Assembly: GCA_035913415.1 (NCBI GenBank)
Contig: JAMIIV010000207.1
Coordinates: 23,498-87,497 of the forward strand
Length of the DNA stretch: 64,000 bases
Direction: 5' to 3'
DNA from: Fibrobacteria bacterium
GTDB taxonomy: Bacteria > Fibrobacterota > Fibrobacteria > UBA5070
The notes below the pieces were generated by a model that was not told where the DNA came from, did not search any database, and worked only from the letters and a program-made list of their open reading frames with translations. Both the position numbers and the translations under genes were made by a program. This document shows positions 39,857 to 50,102 of the stretch, piece after piece (positions within the stretch are counted from its first letter, which is position 1; each line of letters opens with the position of its first letter).

Positions 39857-40861
39857 TCAGGAGGCGGTAGCGTCCAGGCCCTGATACAAGCGCCGGACGG
39901 CGTCTTCCAGCGGCGGATCGACCAGCGTGAGGTCGTCGATGTGGCACGACGCGGCGAGCCGTTCGAGCACGTCGTGGAGGCTTCCCCGCTCCAGATCCAG
40001 CTCGAACTCGCGGCGGTCGCCGGTATCGCGCGAAAGCTGCAGCAGTCCGGGCATGAAAAAATCCGCCGGCAGGTCCTTGCTTCTCAGACGGATGCGCTTG
40101 CGCTCGCCCCAACGCGAGCGCAGATCGTCCAGGCCGCCGTCGAACCCGATTTTCCCCTTGTCGATGACCACCACTCGCCGCGCCAGATGTTCGATGTCGG
40201 AGAGGTCGTGGGTGGTGAGCAAAACCGTGGTCCCCTGGCGGTTGATCTCGGCCACAAAGGACCTGATGCGGTCCTTGGCCTCGATGTCCAACCCGATGGT
40301 GGGCTCGTCCAGGAACAGCAGCGGCGGCGCGTGCAGCATGGCCAAGGAGAACTCGCAGCGCATGCGCTCGCCCAGCGACAGGCTCCGCACCGGCTGCGTC
40401 ATGGTCCGGGAAATGTCGAGGAGCTCGACCAGCTCCCCCAGACGACGGTCGTAGTCGGTACGGGCGATGCCGTGGATGGCCCGCGCCATGCGGTAGGCGT
40501 CCTGGGCGGGCACGTCCCAGACCAGTTGCGATTTCTGTCCGAAGACCGCCCCCACGTGGCGCACGTACTCCTGACGGTCGTTCCACGGCACGAAACGCCC
40601 CAGGGCCGTCACGGTTCCTCCCGTGGGATGCAGGATTCCCGACAGGATCTTGAGGGTGGTGGACTTGCCGGCTCCGTTGGGCCCCAGAAACCCGACCAGC
40701 TCGCCCTGCTCCAGGTCGAGATCGATGCCCGAGACCGCCTCCACGGCGTCGAAACGGCGATGCACCAGGCTGGCGAGGGTCTCGCGCAATCCCGACCCGC
40801 GGCGGAACACCCTGTAGGTCTTCGCCAGTCCTCGGACTTCCAGGGCCTTGGGCATGTTCAT
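39857..40861 (-). CDS. ABC transporter ATP-binding protein (ABC-2 subfamily)
   Basis: Walker A GPNGAGKST, signature LSLGERMR, Walker B LLFLDEPTIGLD. ATGA overlap with the upstream permease. Confidence 0.8.
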   Translation of the reverse strand: MNMPKALEVRGLAKTYRVFRRGSGLRETLASLVHRRFDAVEAVSGIDLDLEQGELVGFLGPNGAGKSTTLKILSGILHPTGGTVTALGRFVPWNDRQEYVRHVGAVFGQKSQLVWDVPAQDAYRMARAIHGIARTDYDRRLGELVELLDISRTMTQPVRSLSLGERMRCEFSLAMLHAPPLLFLDEPTIGLDIEAKDRIRSFVAEINRQGTTVLLTTHDLSDIEHLARRVVVIDKGKIGFDGGLDDLRSRWGERKRIRLRSKDLPADFFMPGLLQLSRDTGDRREFELDLERGSLHDVLERLAASCHIDDLTLVDPPLEDAVRRLYQGLDATAS

Positions 40862-41658
40862 CCTCCCGCGCCGACCAAGCGGCGCAGCAAACGGTTCCAG
40901 GTCGTCAGGGCCAATGCCAGCAGCACCACCACGCTCACGACGGCCGTCCAGATTCCGTCGACCGAGCGTCCCAGGAGCGAGGACGCCGGAAGCACCGCGA
41001 AGGCCGCGAAGGGAAAGCCCGCGACCCCGAGGGCACGCAGCCGGGGAGGGAGGATCGTGGGCGGAAATTGCCCCAACGAAGCCATCGTCTCGAAGATCTC
41101 GTAGACGCGGAAGTTGCCCACCCACACGATCAGAAGCGACGACATCGCCACCGCCGAGGCGAGGAACAGCAGGACCGAAAGCGCGAACAGAAGCGCGAAT
41201 CCCGCCAGGGCGGCCGCTCCCGGCAGCTCCATCCCCTGCAGGCACCAGACCGCCAGGCCCACGCCCCCCATCAGCTTGCCGAGGTCCTCGGCGTCGAAGG
41301 CCCGCACCACGCTCGACTGGAGGGGATGGCGCGGCAGCAGGAGCAACAGTTCGAAAGTGCCCGCGCGGACCATCTCGGCGGTGTTCCACACCATGCCGCC
41401 GAACAGCGGGTAGGCCACACCCTTGGACATGAGGAACACGGCCTGCACCAGCAGGGCCTCGCGCACCGTCCAACCCGGAAAGGCCAGACCGTTGCCGTAG
41501 AGAAGTGCCGTGACCAGGGTGGGAACGAACTCGATTCCCATCATCACCAGGACGCTCGCCAGGAAATCGAATCGATCGGACAGGCGCACAGCCAACCCCA
41601 AGCGTATGCCTTCGAGATGGAGCGCCACATGCCCCTTCCAGCGTTCCAGGGGGTTCAT
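40858..41658 (-). CDS. ABC-2 family transporter permease
   Basis: Start at MNPLERW. Six predicted TM segments. ATGA overlaps on both sides. Confidence 0.65.
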   Translation of the reverse strand: MNPLERWKGHVALHLEGIRLGLAVRLSDRFDFLASVLVMMGIEFVPTLVTALLYGNGLAFPGWTVREALLVQAVFLMSKGVAYPLFGGMVWNTAEMVRAGTFELLLLLPRHPLQSSVVRAFDAEDLGKLMGGVGLAVWCLQGMELPGAAALAGFALLFALSVLLFLASAVAMSSLLIVWVGNFRVYEIFETMASLGQFPPTILPPRLRALGVAGFPFAAFAVLPASSLLGRSVDGIWTAVVSVVVLLALALTTWNRLLRRLVGAGG

Positions 41659-42470
41659 CCTCCCGCTGCCAGGAAACGACGGCGCGCCAGGGCATCCAGG
41701 ATGGTCAAGCCCGTGAGCGAAGCCGCCAGGACCAGCGCCTGCAACCCCACAGCCTGGGCGGGCTCGACGATCCGGCCGAGGATTTCGACGTGCCCCGTCC
41801 CCAGCCGCAGCGGGATGTACAGAGCCCACGGATAGGGCGTGAGGAACAACAATGGCTGGACCGCGGCGGGAAAGAACGAAAGCGGCAGCATGGCCCCGCC
41901 CAGCAGGTCGCGGACCAGCACCACGCAACGGCGCACGCCTTCGGCCCGCACCAACCAGAATCCGACCAGTCCCGAGGCGTAGTTCACCACGAACATCAGG
42001 AGGAAGCCCAGACCTGCCGACAGCAGGAACCAGACGGGATGGTGCGGCAACAGGGGACGACCGAGGAAGAGCGAGACGAGCACCCAGACGGGGACCGCCT
42101 CGACCAGCAGCGCCAGGGCGCGGTGCCCCAGCTTCTGCGAAAGGGCGTACCAGGCGTGGTGCATGGGCTGCAGCAGGTGGTTCGAATACGCCCCCGTACG
42201 CACCAGCATCTGCAGGTTCCAGTCGGCGAAATCGAAGACGGCGTAGCCGACCAGGATCGCCAGGCCCGAGTAGGTCACGAGGTCCACCACATCCATGCCG
42301 GCGGCGCGGCTCCCGGTTGAGGCCGTGGAGGTCCAAATCCAGGTCATGACGAGAAAGCGCAGAGGGCCCGTGAAGAGCGAGACCGCCATGTGCGAGCGAA
42401 AGGCGGCCCACTCCTTCCAGGTCACGGCGGCGATAGCCAGCATCGCGCCGCGTCGTGGCACGAGGCTCAC
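41655..42470 (-). CDS. ABC-2 family transporter permease (second subunit)
   Basis: Multiple TM segments. Overlaps the next permease start. Confidence 0.6.
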   Translation of the reverse strand: MSLVPRRGAMLAIAAVTWKEWAAFRSHMAVSLFTGPLRFLVMTWIWTSTASTGSRAAGMDVVDLVTYSGLAILVGYAVFDFADWNLQMLVRTGAYSNHLLQPMHHAWYALSQKLGHRALALLVEAVPVWVLVSLFLGRPLLPHHPVWFLLSAGLGFLLMFVVNYASGLVGFWLVRAEGVRRCVVLVRDLLGGAMLPLSFFPAAVQPLLFLTPYPWALYIPLRLGTGHVEILGRIVEPAQAVGLQALVLAASLTGLTILDALARRRFLAAGG

Positions 42471-42578
42471 GAAAAATCCTGAAGGGACGCGGTGGTCATG
42501 GCGGGAAACATAGGCTCCCGGGCCGGAGCCCGGACAGCTTCCCGCCCTCTAGGGACGGGAAGCGACGGAACCGGCGTT

Positions 42579-43106
42579 TCAGTTGTACAAGGCGGGAGGA
42601 ATCATGCGCAGGTCGCCCCCCATGATGATCGCGGCGAACAGCTTGTCCTGGGGCACACAACCTCCGGGCAGATCGTCCGGATCGATGTACTGCGACACCC
42701 AGCGCACTTCGACACCGTCGGTGAGCGACTTCGGAACCACACCCTCGATGCTCGACTCCTCGTCGTTGAGCAGGTTGGCCACGTGGCGCTCGTCGAGAGT
42801 CTCGGCCTTTTCGCGGCAGGCGACCAGGCGTTCGGCGACCGACTGCAGCCAGGCCTTGTCCTGGGAACGGGCGGAATCGACAGTCCACATCATCACGCCC
42901 TTGGCGAACTGCGCCTCTTCCTTGTCGTAGAGGCATTCGTGCGCCTGGACCACCGCCCCCAGTACCACCGGCCCGTGGGTCATTTCCTGCTCCCACTCGC
43001 GTACGGCCTTGCGCAGGAAGAAAAACGGACGTGAGCAGATCTTCTCGTGCTCCTTGGTGAGCGTTCGCGGGGTCTTCGAGAGGTCGCGGATCTTGTCGAG
43101 GTTCAT
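42579..43106 (-). CDS. Hypothetical protein
   Basis: Start at MNLDKIRDLSK. Protein-like composition with no recognised motif. Confidence 0.4.
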   Translation of the reverse strand: MNLDKIRDLSKTPRTLTKEHEKICSRPFFFLRKAVREWEQEMTHGPVVLGAVVQAHECLYDKEEAQFAKGVMMWTVDSARSQDKAWLQSVAERLVACREKAETLDERHVANLLNDEESSIEGVVPKSLTDGVEVRWVSQYIDPDDLPGGCVPQDKLFAAIIMGGDLRMIPPALYN

Positions 43107-43300
43107 GGAGTTCGACTTTCTGTTGGAAAGGGGGATGTGCGGGGGCCTTGGAACATAACCCACCACACGATCCGTCATCCTGGATTCGTGAGAGCGATCA
43201 CATTCCCCCTAACCCCGCCCGGGATCACGACCACGCCCTGCCGGCTCCGTGGCTTGACAGCAGCCGCACCGACGTCGCGACCTGAACCGACGCTCCCGGC

Positions 43301-43933
43301 TCAGCCGCCCCGCACCATGGTGGCGTTGTCGAGAATCCGCACACCCGACCAGGCGGGATCACCGACCACATCCACCAACGCGGACGCCACCTCACGATCG
43401 CGCACGGGACGCCAGGCGGCGGGCACCAGGCCTCGTACGGGGCCCAGGCAACGGCGCGCCAAGGCTTCGCCGAACCGGAACTCCGCGCGATCCCCCAGCA
43501 GCAACGACGGACGGGCGATAGCCACGCGCGGAAAGCCCAAGGCGACCACGGCCTCTTCAGCCCGCCCCTTCACACGGTTGTAGAAGATCACGGACCGGGA
43601 ATCGGCCCCCGTCGCCGAGACCAGAGCAAGCGTCGTGCAACCCATCCCCCGGGCCCGACGGGCGCACTCCACCACCAGCTCCAGATCGACCGCTTCGAAC
43701 GCCTCCCGGCTGCCGGCCTTGGTGATGGTCGTTCCCAGCGCGACGAAGAGCGCCTCCGAACGCCAGAATCCGTCATCTGGATCGGGGATCCGGGCGGAGA
43801 CCACGGTCTCGGCGCGCCCTGGAAGCGCCATGTCGCGACGCACCCAGGCCTGCACCGAACCGCGACGGCCCAGGGATTCCAGAATTCTCAAACCCACCAG
43901 GCCAGAGGCCCCCACGACCGAAGCATTGTGCAT
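43301..43933 (-). CDS. NAD(P)H-binding (atypical SDR/HTATIP2-like) protein
   Basis: N-terminal VVGASGLVGLRILESL is a Rossmann GxxGxxG motif. Confidence 0.6.
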   Translation of the reverse strand: MHNASVVGASGLVGLRILESLGRRGSVQAWVRRDMALPGRAETVVSARIPDPDDGFWRSEALFVALGTTITKAGSREAFEAVDLELVVECARRARGMGCTTLALVSATGADSRSVIFYNRVKGRAEEAVVALGFPRVAIARPSLLLGDRAEFRFGEALARRCLGPVRGLVPAAWRPVRDREVASALVDVVGDPAWSGVRILDNATMVRGG

Positions 43934-44008
43934 GGAGGGCAATATCCATTTTCGAGGGCGTTCTCGGCTGGGAAGGGCTTCCCATCGGCGGAAAGAAGGC
44001 CGCGGGAA

Positions 44009-44923
44009 TCAGCCTGGGTTCGGGGAGGAGGACATGGCGGAGCATCCCGCATCACTTGGCTTCCGCGGCCACGGAGAGGGTATGCGCTCGAGAATGCCCT
44101 CGCCGTAGAGCCCCGCCAACCCCAGGGACGGGACATGGACGTAGCCGATGTGGCAATGGCAGGTCTCGCGCGGGCAGGCCTCCTCGCGCAGCAGGCTTGC
44201 CAGATCCTGTCGGAAGATGTTCCCCATGGGCTCGCGCACGAAATGGCAGCGATGCAGATCGCCGTTGCCCTCGATGGCCACCACAGCCGAGCCCGCGGGA
44301 CAGGCCAGACCCCGTGACGGGTAGTGGTGGAGATTGTGCCGGAAGAACGGATCGATGGATTCGATCCAGGCGATCTCTTCGGCTGCGTAGTAGCCCGCAT
44401 CGCGTTTGAAGGCGTTCACCCAGAGGTAGGTGGACTCCGGCAGGGAGCTCCGCAAATTCCCGATCGCCGCGAAGTGCTCCCGCAGCCCCACCACCCCAAC
44501 GCTGTGGGAGATCCCACGGCGCGCCAGCTCTCCGCACCGGCGCAGGAACACGTCCTCACGGGCCTGCCCCGGATGGAAGGTGGCCCAGAACGCGGCTTTG
44601 GACGGCTCGAGGCCTTCGGTCCAGGCGGTGTCCCACGACAGGTTCGTCTGCGCAGCCACCTTCGCCACGTGGGGACGACGGGACAGTTCGACCATGGCCC
44701 TGCGGTACCAAGGATGGATCAGGGCCTCCCCGTAGGGGGTGAACAGGATGTCGAAGACCCAGCCCCGGGAGCCCTGTTCGTCGATCCAGGCCAGGAACCG
44801 ATCCACCGCGGCACGGTCGCGTGCGCGGTCGGCGGCGTCGTGGCGCGTCTTGGAGAACGGGCAGTAGGGACACTCGAGGTTGCAGTCGGAGACATGGCCC
44901 CGGTAGAGGATCTTCAGCCTCAT
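44009..44923 (-). CDS. Radical SAM protein, STM4011-family-like
   Basis: CNLECPYC radical-SAM cluster motif at residues 15 to 22. ATGA overlap with the upstream HemN-like gene. Confidence 0.7.
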   Translation of the reverse strand: MRLKILYRGHVSDCNLECPYCPFSKTRHDAADRARDRAAVDRFLAWIDEQGSRGWVFDILFTPYGEALIHPWYRRAMVELSRRPHVAKVAAQTNLSWDTAWTEGLEPSKAAFWATFHPGQAREDVFLRRCGELARRGISHSVGVVGLREHFAAIGNLRSSLPESTYLWVNAFKRDAGYYAAEEIAWIESIDPFFRHNLHHYPSRGLACPAGSAVVAIEGNGDLHRCHFVREPMGNIFRQDLASLLREEACPRETCHCHIGYVHVPSLGLAGLYGEGILERIPSPWPRKPSDAGCSAMSSSPNPG

Positions 44924-46251
44924 CGCGGCGGAAGCTCCCGCATCCGCTCGAGCACTCTCCGGGACACGAACCAGGCCCCCACACCGTCGGAGAGCGCCAT
45001 GCCGCGCCCGGTCAGCCGCAGGCGGTCGCCGTCGAGCACGGCAAGGTCCAGGCGGAGCAGTTCCGGAAGATCGGGGAAGTCCTGGAGAGCGTCCGTTCCG
45101 AACAGCCCGCGGTAGCGCGGCAGATCCAGGCCTGCGGACTTGAGGACGGACTTGATCAGGAATCGACGTTTTCTGTCATCGAGCGTCAGGCGGATCCCGT
45201 GGTCGGCCCGCGCGAAGTCCGCGGAGCCGCGCGCCAGGAAATCGCCCAGGATGACCTCGACCTCGTCCCGCCCCACGGCCCAATCCGTGGAGTAGTGCAC
45301 GTCGCGGGTATAGGATCGGGCCCCGGCCCCCAGGCCCACCATCCCGTCCTCCTGGCAGGAATACTCGGACGCCGCCGTCGGGGCGGTTCCCGGACGACAG
45401 AATCTGCGCAGCGAGTCCTGGACGTAGCCGGCTTCCAGCAGAACGCCACGCCCCGCCTCCAGCAAGGAGTCGATGCGCACCCCTTCCGGATCGTGCCGTC
45501 CTTCGCGCCTGTGGAGCGCGGTCAGGGGCCGCACGTACAGGGGATAGAGGAACAGTTCCGTGGGCGCATGGCGCAAGGCCGCGGCCACGCTGGCGCGGAA
45601 CGAGTCCTCGGTCTGTCCGCGCATGCCGTAGATGAGATCGATGTTGAACGCGGGAAACCCCTCCGCGGCCACCGCGTCCAGGAGGTTGTCCAGGGCGCGA
45701 TCGGGTCTCGGCCTGCCGAGCAGGCGGGCCTCGTCGGCGTCGAAGCTCTGGACCCCCAGGCTGAGTCGCTCCACTCCCGCCTGGCGCAGGAACCGGATCT
45801 TCCCGGGTGTGAGGGTGTCCGGCGACGCCTCGAAGGATCCCCCCCGGGCGGGATCGATCCCGAACACGGTACGGAGCATGCCCACCAAGCGCTCCAACTG
45901 GGCCGTATCCAGAAGGCTGGGGGTGCCGCCTCCGATCGCGTAGCCCGAGAAGGAGGCCCGACCGATGGACTCCCGCACCGCCGCCGCCTGCCTCTCCAGG
46001 GCCCCCAGATACCGATCGACCATTCCTTCGGAGGGCCGCGAGACGGACAGCAGGTTGCAGAAGGAGCATTTGCTGGCGCAGAAGGGGATGTGCGCGTAAA
46101 GGTACAGGGAGTCCTTCGGCTCGTCCCGCCACAGGCGCTCCAGCGGAACGCGTTCATCGAAAGGACGGTAGGCCGTCTTGTGGGGATAGGAGTAGAGGTA
46201 GGCCCAATCCGAACGGTCTCCGGACAGAAATTGCTCAAGCGACGGTGTCAC
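44920..46251 (-). CDS. Radical SAM protein, HemN/HemW-like (STM4012-family-like)
   Basis: YLYAHIPFCASKCSFCNL and GGGTPSLL motifs. Putative GTG start at 46249..46251, overlapping the sulfatase-like gene stop. The 5' part of the 752-aa ORF overlaps the upstream gene and was rejected. Confidence 0.65.
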   Translation of the reverse strand: MTPSLEQFLSGDRSDWAYLYSYPHKTAYRPFDERVPLERLWRDEPKDSLYLYAHIPFCASKCSFCNLLSVSRPSEGMVDRYLGALERQAAAVRESIGRASFSGYAIGGGTPSLLDTAQLERLVGMLRTVFGIDPARGGSFEASPDTLTPGKIRFLRQAGVERLSLGVQSFDADEARLLGRPRPDRALDNLLDAVAAEGFPAFNIDLIYGMRGQTEDSFRASVAAALRHAPTELFLYPLYVRPLTALHRREGRHDPEGVRIDSLLEAGRGVLLEAGYVQDSLRRFCRPGTAPTAASEYSCQEDGMVGLGAGARSYTRDVHYSTDWAVGRDEVEVILGDFLARGSADFARADHGIRLTLDDRKRRFLIKSVLKSAGLDLPRYRGLFGTDALQDFPDLPELLRLDLAVLDGDRLRLTGRGMALSDGVGAWFVSRRVLERMRELPPR

Positions 46252-47048
46252 GGCTGCTGGGCCCCATGGACAAATTCCGCGTAAGGCACGTTCCAGACGC
46301 ACTCGTGGGCGATCCGATGCCCCGTGTACCCCCCGTCGCCGTAGGCGGTGCCGTGGTCGGAGAGGAACAGGCACAAGGTGCGGCCTCGCGCCCGCAAGGC
46401 ATCCATGAGGGGAGGCAGGCAGCCATCGACATAACGCAGCGCGGCGGCATGGGATTCCATGGAATCTTCGGTGGCGCCTTCCAGGTGGTGCCGATTCGGC
46501 TGGTGCAGCGCCGAGACGTTCAGGAACAGGAAGACCTTGCGGTCGCGGCACCGTTCCAGGATTTCCAGAGCTTTGTCCACCTGGTACTCCGTCGAGCGGG
46601 GCTCCGTCACCCCGAAGCGCGGCTCCCAATGGCTTTCCTGGAACAGCCCGGGCAGGACCTGCGACAAGGCGTTTTCCTTCTTGAAGAACCCCACGCCCCC
46701 GATACATGCGGTGTGGTATCCCCGTTCGGCGAGGCCCGACACGATGTCGGGGGCGTCCAGGACCAGGGTGCGCGAGCCCGAAGTTTCGCTTCCGGAAAAG
46801 CGCAGGGCGAAAAGCCGCTCGTGGCGGCCCGGCGCGGCGGGCGTGGGGAGGAACCCCGCGAAGAAGGAACAGTGGGATGCCCACGTGAACGATCCCGGCG
46901 CATGGCGCCCTTCCCAGGCCTCCACCCACCTGTGCAGGTTCGGAGTCCGTCCGGCCTCCATCTCGGAGACCGCCACGTCCAGGCGCAGGGTGTCGAAGGT
47001 GACCATCAGGATGTCGTGGGTGCCCACGATCGCGTTCATGTCGAGCAA
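46248..47048 (-). CDS. Sulfatase/alkaline-phosphatase-superfamily hydrolase (STM4013/SEN3800-family-like)
   Basis: N-terminal LMVTFDTLRLD metal-binding region and the sulfatase-like fold motif FLSDHGTAYGDGGYTGH. Confidence 0.65.
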   Translation of the reverse strand: MLDMNAIVGTHDILMVTFDTLRLDVAVSEMEAGRTPNLHRWVEAWEGRHAPGSFTWASHCSFFAGFLPTPAAPGRHERLFALRFSGSETSGSRTLVLDAPDIVSGLAERGYHTACIGGVGFFKKENALSQVLPGLFQESHWEPRFGVTEPRSTEYQVDKALEILERCRDRKVFLFLNVSALHQPNRHHLEGATEDSMESHAAALRYVDGCLPPLMDALRARGRTLCLFLSDHGTAYGDGGYTGHRIAHECVWNVPYAEFVHGAQQP

Positions 47049-47701
47049 GGAAGGATCTCCTCGAGTTGGAGGATGCCGATGATGGCCGCATGGGGAAGCG
47101 GAAACACGCGGCGATGGAGGGGGTCCACGTGGACCGTTCCCATCCCCAGCGCCCGTGCCGGTTGGATGTCGCGCACAAGGTCGTCGCCCACCATGATCGC
47201 GGACGTCGGGTAGGCGCCTTCCAACGCGCGCAGGAACAACCGGGGATCGGGCTTCTCCATGCCCTGCTCGCCCGAGATCCAGACCGATTCGAACAGATCG
47301 TCCAGATCGGCGTAAGACATTTTCCGTCTCTGCGTGTCGCCCGCCCCGTTGCTGACCAGGCGCAACGTGTGGCGCGTCGAAAGTCTCTCGAGCATGGCGC
47401 GCACCCCAGGCAGAGGCCGCACCCGATCCGGGAGTGTCGTGTGGTGGCGTCGCAGGTCGGACATCGAACCTCCCAGCTCGGGTACCAGCTCCAATGCCCG
47501 CGTTAGGAAGGCGTCGCGATCGGTCCGCCCCCGGTCGTCGGCCCGCACCAGATCGGCCAAGGCGCGGCAGCCGCGAGGGGAATCGGGATCCGTCCCGGTC
47601 TGGACCAGGAGTTCCCGGAACAGATCATCGAAGGCGGCGTCGCGATCCAACAAGGTGTTGTCGAGGTCCAGCAGGAGCAGCGAAATCCCGGACTTTGTCA
47701 T
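47036..47701 (-). CDS. HAD-superfamily hydrolase (subfamily IA)
   Basis: Motif I LLLLDLDNTLLD. Motif III/IV region IMVGDDLVRD. ATGA overlap with the upstream gene. Confidence 0.75.
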   Translation of the reverse strand: MTKSGISLLLLDLDNTLLDRDAAFDDLFRELLVQTGTDPDSPRGCRALADLVRADDRGRTDRDAFLTRALELVPELGGSMSDLRRHHTTLPDRVRPLPGVRAMLERLSTRHTLRLVSNGAGDTQRRKMSYADLDDLFESVWISGEQGMEKPDPRLFLRALEGAYPTSAIMVGDDLVRDIQPARALGMGTVHVDPLHRRVFPLPHAAIIGILQLEEILPCST

Positions 47702-48819
47702 GGGAGGTCCGTCTTGGTGCCAAGCCGGCTAAGCTCCAGCTCCCAGGGATCCAGGCCTTCGTGTTTCAGGCCGGGGAGCAGATCGCCGAAAGCGTTGGCC
47801 TCCAGCACAAGAGGCCGCACCGGTGCTTCCGGAGAGCCGGCGGGAACGACGACGTCGAGCCCCGCGTACAGACTTCCAGGCAACCGCTCCAGGGTCTCTT
47901 CGACCACGCGCTCCACGGCCTCCCACACCCCCCGAGACAGACCGAGCCCCTCGGGGTCCAGGCGGTGGTTGCCCAGATGGAGGTTCGTCATGGGGCCACG
48001 GGAGAGTCGCGCGATCCGGTGCGCAGGTTTGCCCGCCACCCCGAGGACCCGCAGATCCCAGGCCATGCCTCGAAACGACGGCTTGGGGATCCAGGGTTCG
48101 ACGAACGCCCCTTCCGAGAAGAGGAAGTCCAGCACCTGCGTGATGCGATGCGGGTCGCGGTATTCCCGAAGCCGCAGGGAGTTGTAGAAGCGCGGTTGTC
48201 CGTCGGGGTCGGCCATCTCCAGAGTGGTGCGCAGCACCTGCCTGCCGGTGGAACGCTGCGCGCGCCAGGCGGCCACCCCGCTGGCCGACGAGGCCGCGGG
48301 CAGTTTCACGAAGACTCCGCACGCCCCCGATTCCTCGGCCCACCGCGAGAATTCCGCGGACGAGCCGAAAGTCCCCAGGGTGGGGGGCGCGAGATCGCCC
48401 AGGAGGCGCTTGAATCCGGGTTTGTCGAACATCGCGACGATGTCCGAGGGGGAATTGAACCAGGTCACCCCGCACACCTCCCCATCGCGTTCCAGCGACT
48501 CCATGTAGGCGCAAAAGCCACGAAACCAGGCCGAGGGATGCAACAGGCGCCCCCGCTCCTCGGGGATGCTCCCGGCCTCGGGAATCCCTCCGAGAGACAG
48601 AATCTGGCATTCCACGCCATGGTTCTCGCCCGTGGATTCGATCCGCACCACCGTCCCCGACCGCACGTGTTCCCGGAGGGTGGTCCGGCCCGCGAGCAGG
48701 TCGGAATGCGACACCACTCTGGCCGGATTCCATCCACGCCGGCACACCGCCCCCTGGAAGAGGGACAGCCGGCGGTTTTCCGGGTTGGCCAGGACCAGCA
48801 GGTCGGGAGATGCGCCCAA
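47698..48819 (-). CDS. ATP-grasp-like protein (STM4014-family-like)
   Basis: ATP-grasp fold features: GVFVKLPAASSASGV and LVLEANAFGDL. There is no in-frame ATG; a TTG at 48817..48819 just after the WGR-LRR stop is proposed. The start is uncertain. Confidence 0.5.
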   Translation of the reverse strand: MGASPDLLVLANPENRRLSLFQGAVCRRGWNPARVVSHSDLLAGRTTLREHVRSGTVVRIESTGENHGVECQILSLGGIPEAGSIPEERGRLLHPSAWFRGFCAYMESLERDGEVCGVTWFNSPSDIVAMFDKPGFKRLLGDLAPPTLGTFGSSAEFSRWAEESGACGVFVKLPAASSASGVAAWRAQRSTGRQVLRTTLEMADPDGQPRFYNSLRLREYRDPHRITQVLDFLFSEGAFVEPWIPKPSFRGMAWDLRVLGVAGKPAHRIARLSRGPMTNLHLGNHRLDPEGLGLSRGVWEAVERVVEETLERLPGSLYAGLDVVVPAGSPEAPVRPLVLEANAFGDLLPGLKHEGLDPWELELSRLGTKTDLP

Positions 48820-48824
48820 GAAGC

Positions 48825-49901
48825 CTATTCCGTGACGGCGGGGTAGCGCCAGGCGTCTTCGCCTTCGCCATCGGCCTCTTGTTGGTCGGAGACGTCGATG
48901 TTCCGCCCCGTGGCCTTGAACTCCTTGACCATGGCGTCCGAGAGGTAGTGGTAGTGCAGATCGAGCCGCTTCAAACGTTGGACACCGGGGGAATCCAGAA
49001 GGGCGCGACCTCCAACGTCGGTGAGCGTGCCCTGCGACAGGTCGAGCACGTCGAGCTGCCCGAGGACTTCGGCCCCGGCGATCGCCGCGGCGATTTCGTC
49101 GGCGATTTCGCTGTCGACCAGTCCCAGGCTCCGCAGCGAAGGAAACAAGCCCTTGCTGAAGAACGGGCGCAGGTCGTCGAGGGAGCCGTCGAAGCCGTAT
49201 TCGTCGACACCCAGATACAGCTCCAGATGCTGGAGCGCCGGCAGGCGCGCCGCCGCCAGCAGATGGAGAATGACCTTGGGCAATCCACCGCAGCGGATCA
49301 CGAGCTTGGTCAGCGAATCGTGGGCGATGGGGTCGCGGCTGAGCACCAAGCTGCTCGAACCCTGGATGCGCAAGGATTCCAGACCCGGGAAGGCCGCCAG
49401 GACCCCCGTGTAATCGGCCTGGATGATCCAGGAGATCTCGCATTCCTCCGAGTCCATGTCTCCGACGATGATTTCCTTGAGGCCCGGCAGGCGCGCCGCG
49501 TGACGGCAGAGCAGATCGAGAGCGGCCTGGGGGGAATTCTCCTGCGGCTCCTCCCACGAGGCGATCACCAGGGAATCGACGCCGCTGGCCCCATCGCTTT
49601 CCAGGAACGCTTCCATCTTCGACAGGAGGGTCTTGCCCTCTTCCGCTTCGTCGTAGCTTACCGCGAGGCGTCGCGAGATCTTCTTCTCGCTGGCCTGGGC
49701 CACCTCGACGTAACCCTTCTTGACCTTCTCGGCGACCAGCTTGTCGCGCTCCTTGGTCGCCTTTTCTGGCGATTCGCAGGTGGTGGTCTTGGCCTGCCCT
49801 GCGGTCCCGATCCGACCGAAGGTGACGGTGAACGCGGACCCTTCCAGTTCAATCTGCCAGAATTTGTGCGAGGTGCCGTCTTTGAATTCGAGGTAGGTCA
49901 T
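48825..49901 (-). CDS. WGR-domain plus leucine-rich-repeat protein (STM4015-family-like)
   Basis: Start at MTYLEFKDGTSHKFWQIELEGSAFTVTFGRIG, a WGR domain. C-terminal LRR-like repeats (LxxLxLxxN/D patterns such as LKRLDLHYHYLSD). Confidence 0.7.
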   Translation of the reverse strand: MTYLEFKDGTSHKFWQIELEGSAFTVTFGRIGTAGQAKTTTCESPEKATKERDKLVAEKVKKGYVEVAQASEKKISRRLAVSYDEAEEGKTLLSKMEAFLESDGASGVDSLVIASWEEPQENSPQAALDLLCRHAARLPGLKEIIVGDMDSEECEISWIIQADYTGVLAAFPGLESLRIQGSSSLVLSRDPIAHDSLTKLVIRCGGLPKVILHLLAAARLPALQHLELYLGVDEYGFDGSLDDLRPFFSKGLFPSLRSLGLVDSEIADEIAAAIAGAEVLGQLDVLDLSQGTLTDVGGRALLDSPGVQRLKRLDLHYHYLSDAMVKEFKATGRNIDVSDQQEADGEGEDAWRYPAVTE

Positions 49902-50102
49902 CGGGATCGGCCTTCCGGAGGGGGATAAGGAGGATCTGGCTGAGGCCGCCGCTGTCGAGAACGAGCGACTGTTGCAGCCGGGGTCAGGGACCTCGAATAT
50001 AGGCTCGCGCACACCCGCATCGAGAGCCCTGGTGCCCGCGGCCGAAAACGGGCTCACCGCGCCTGGAGGAGGGCCCGAGCCCTTGCCGAACCGAGGATGG
50101 AA

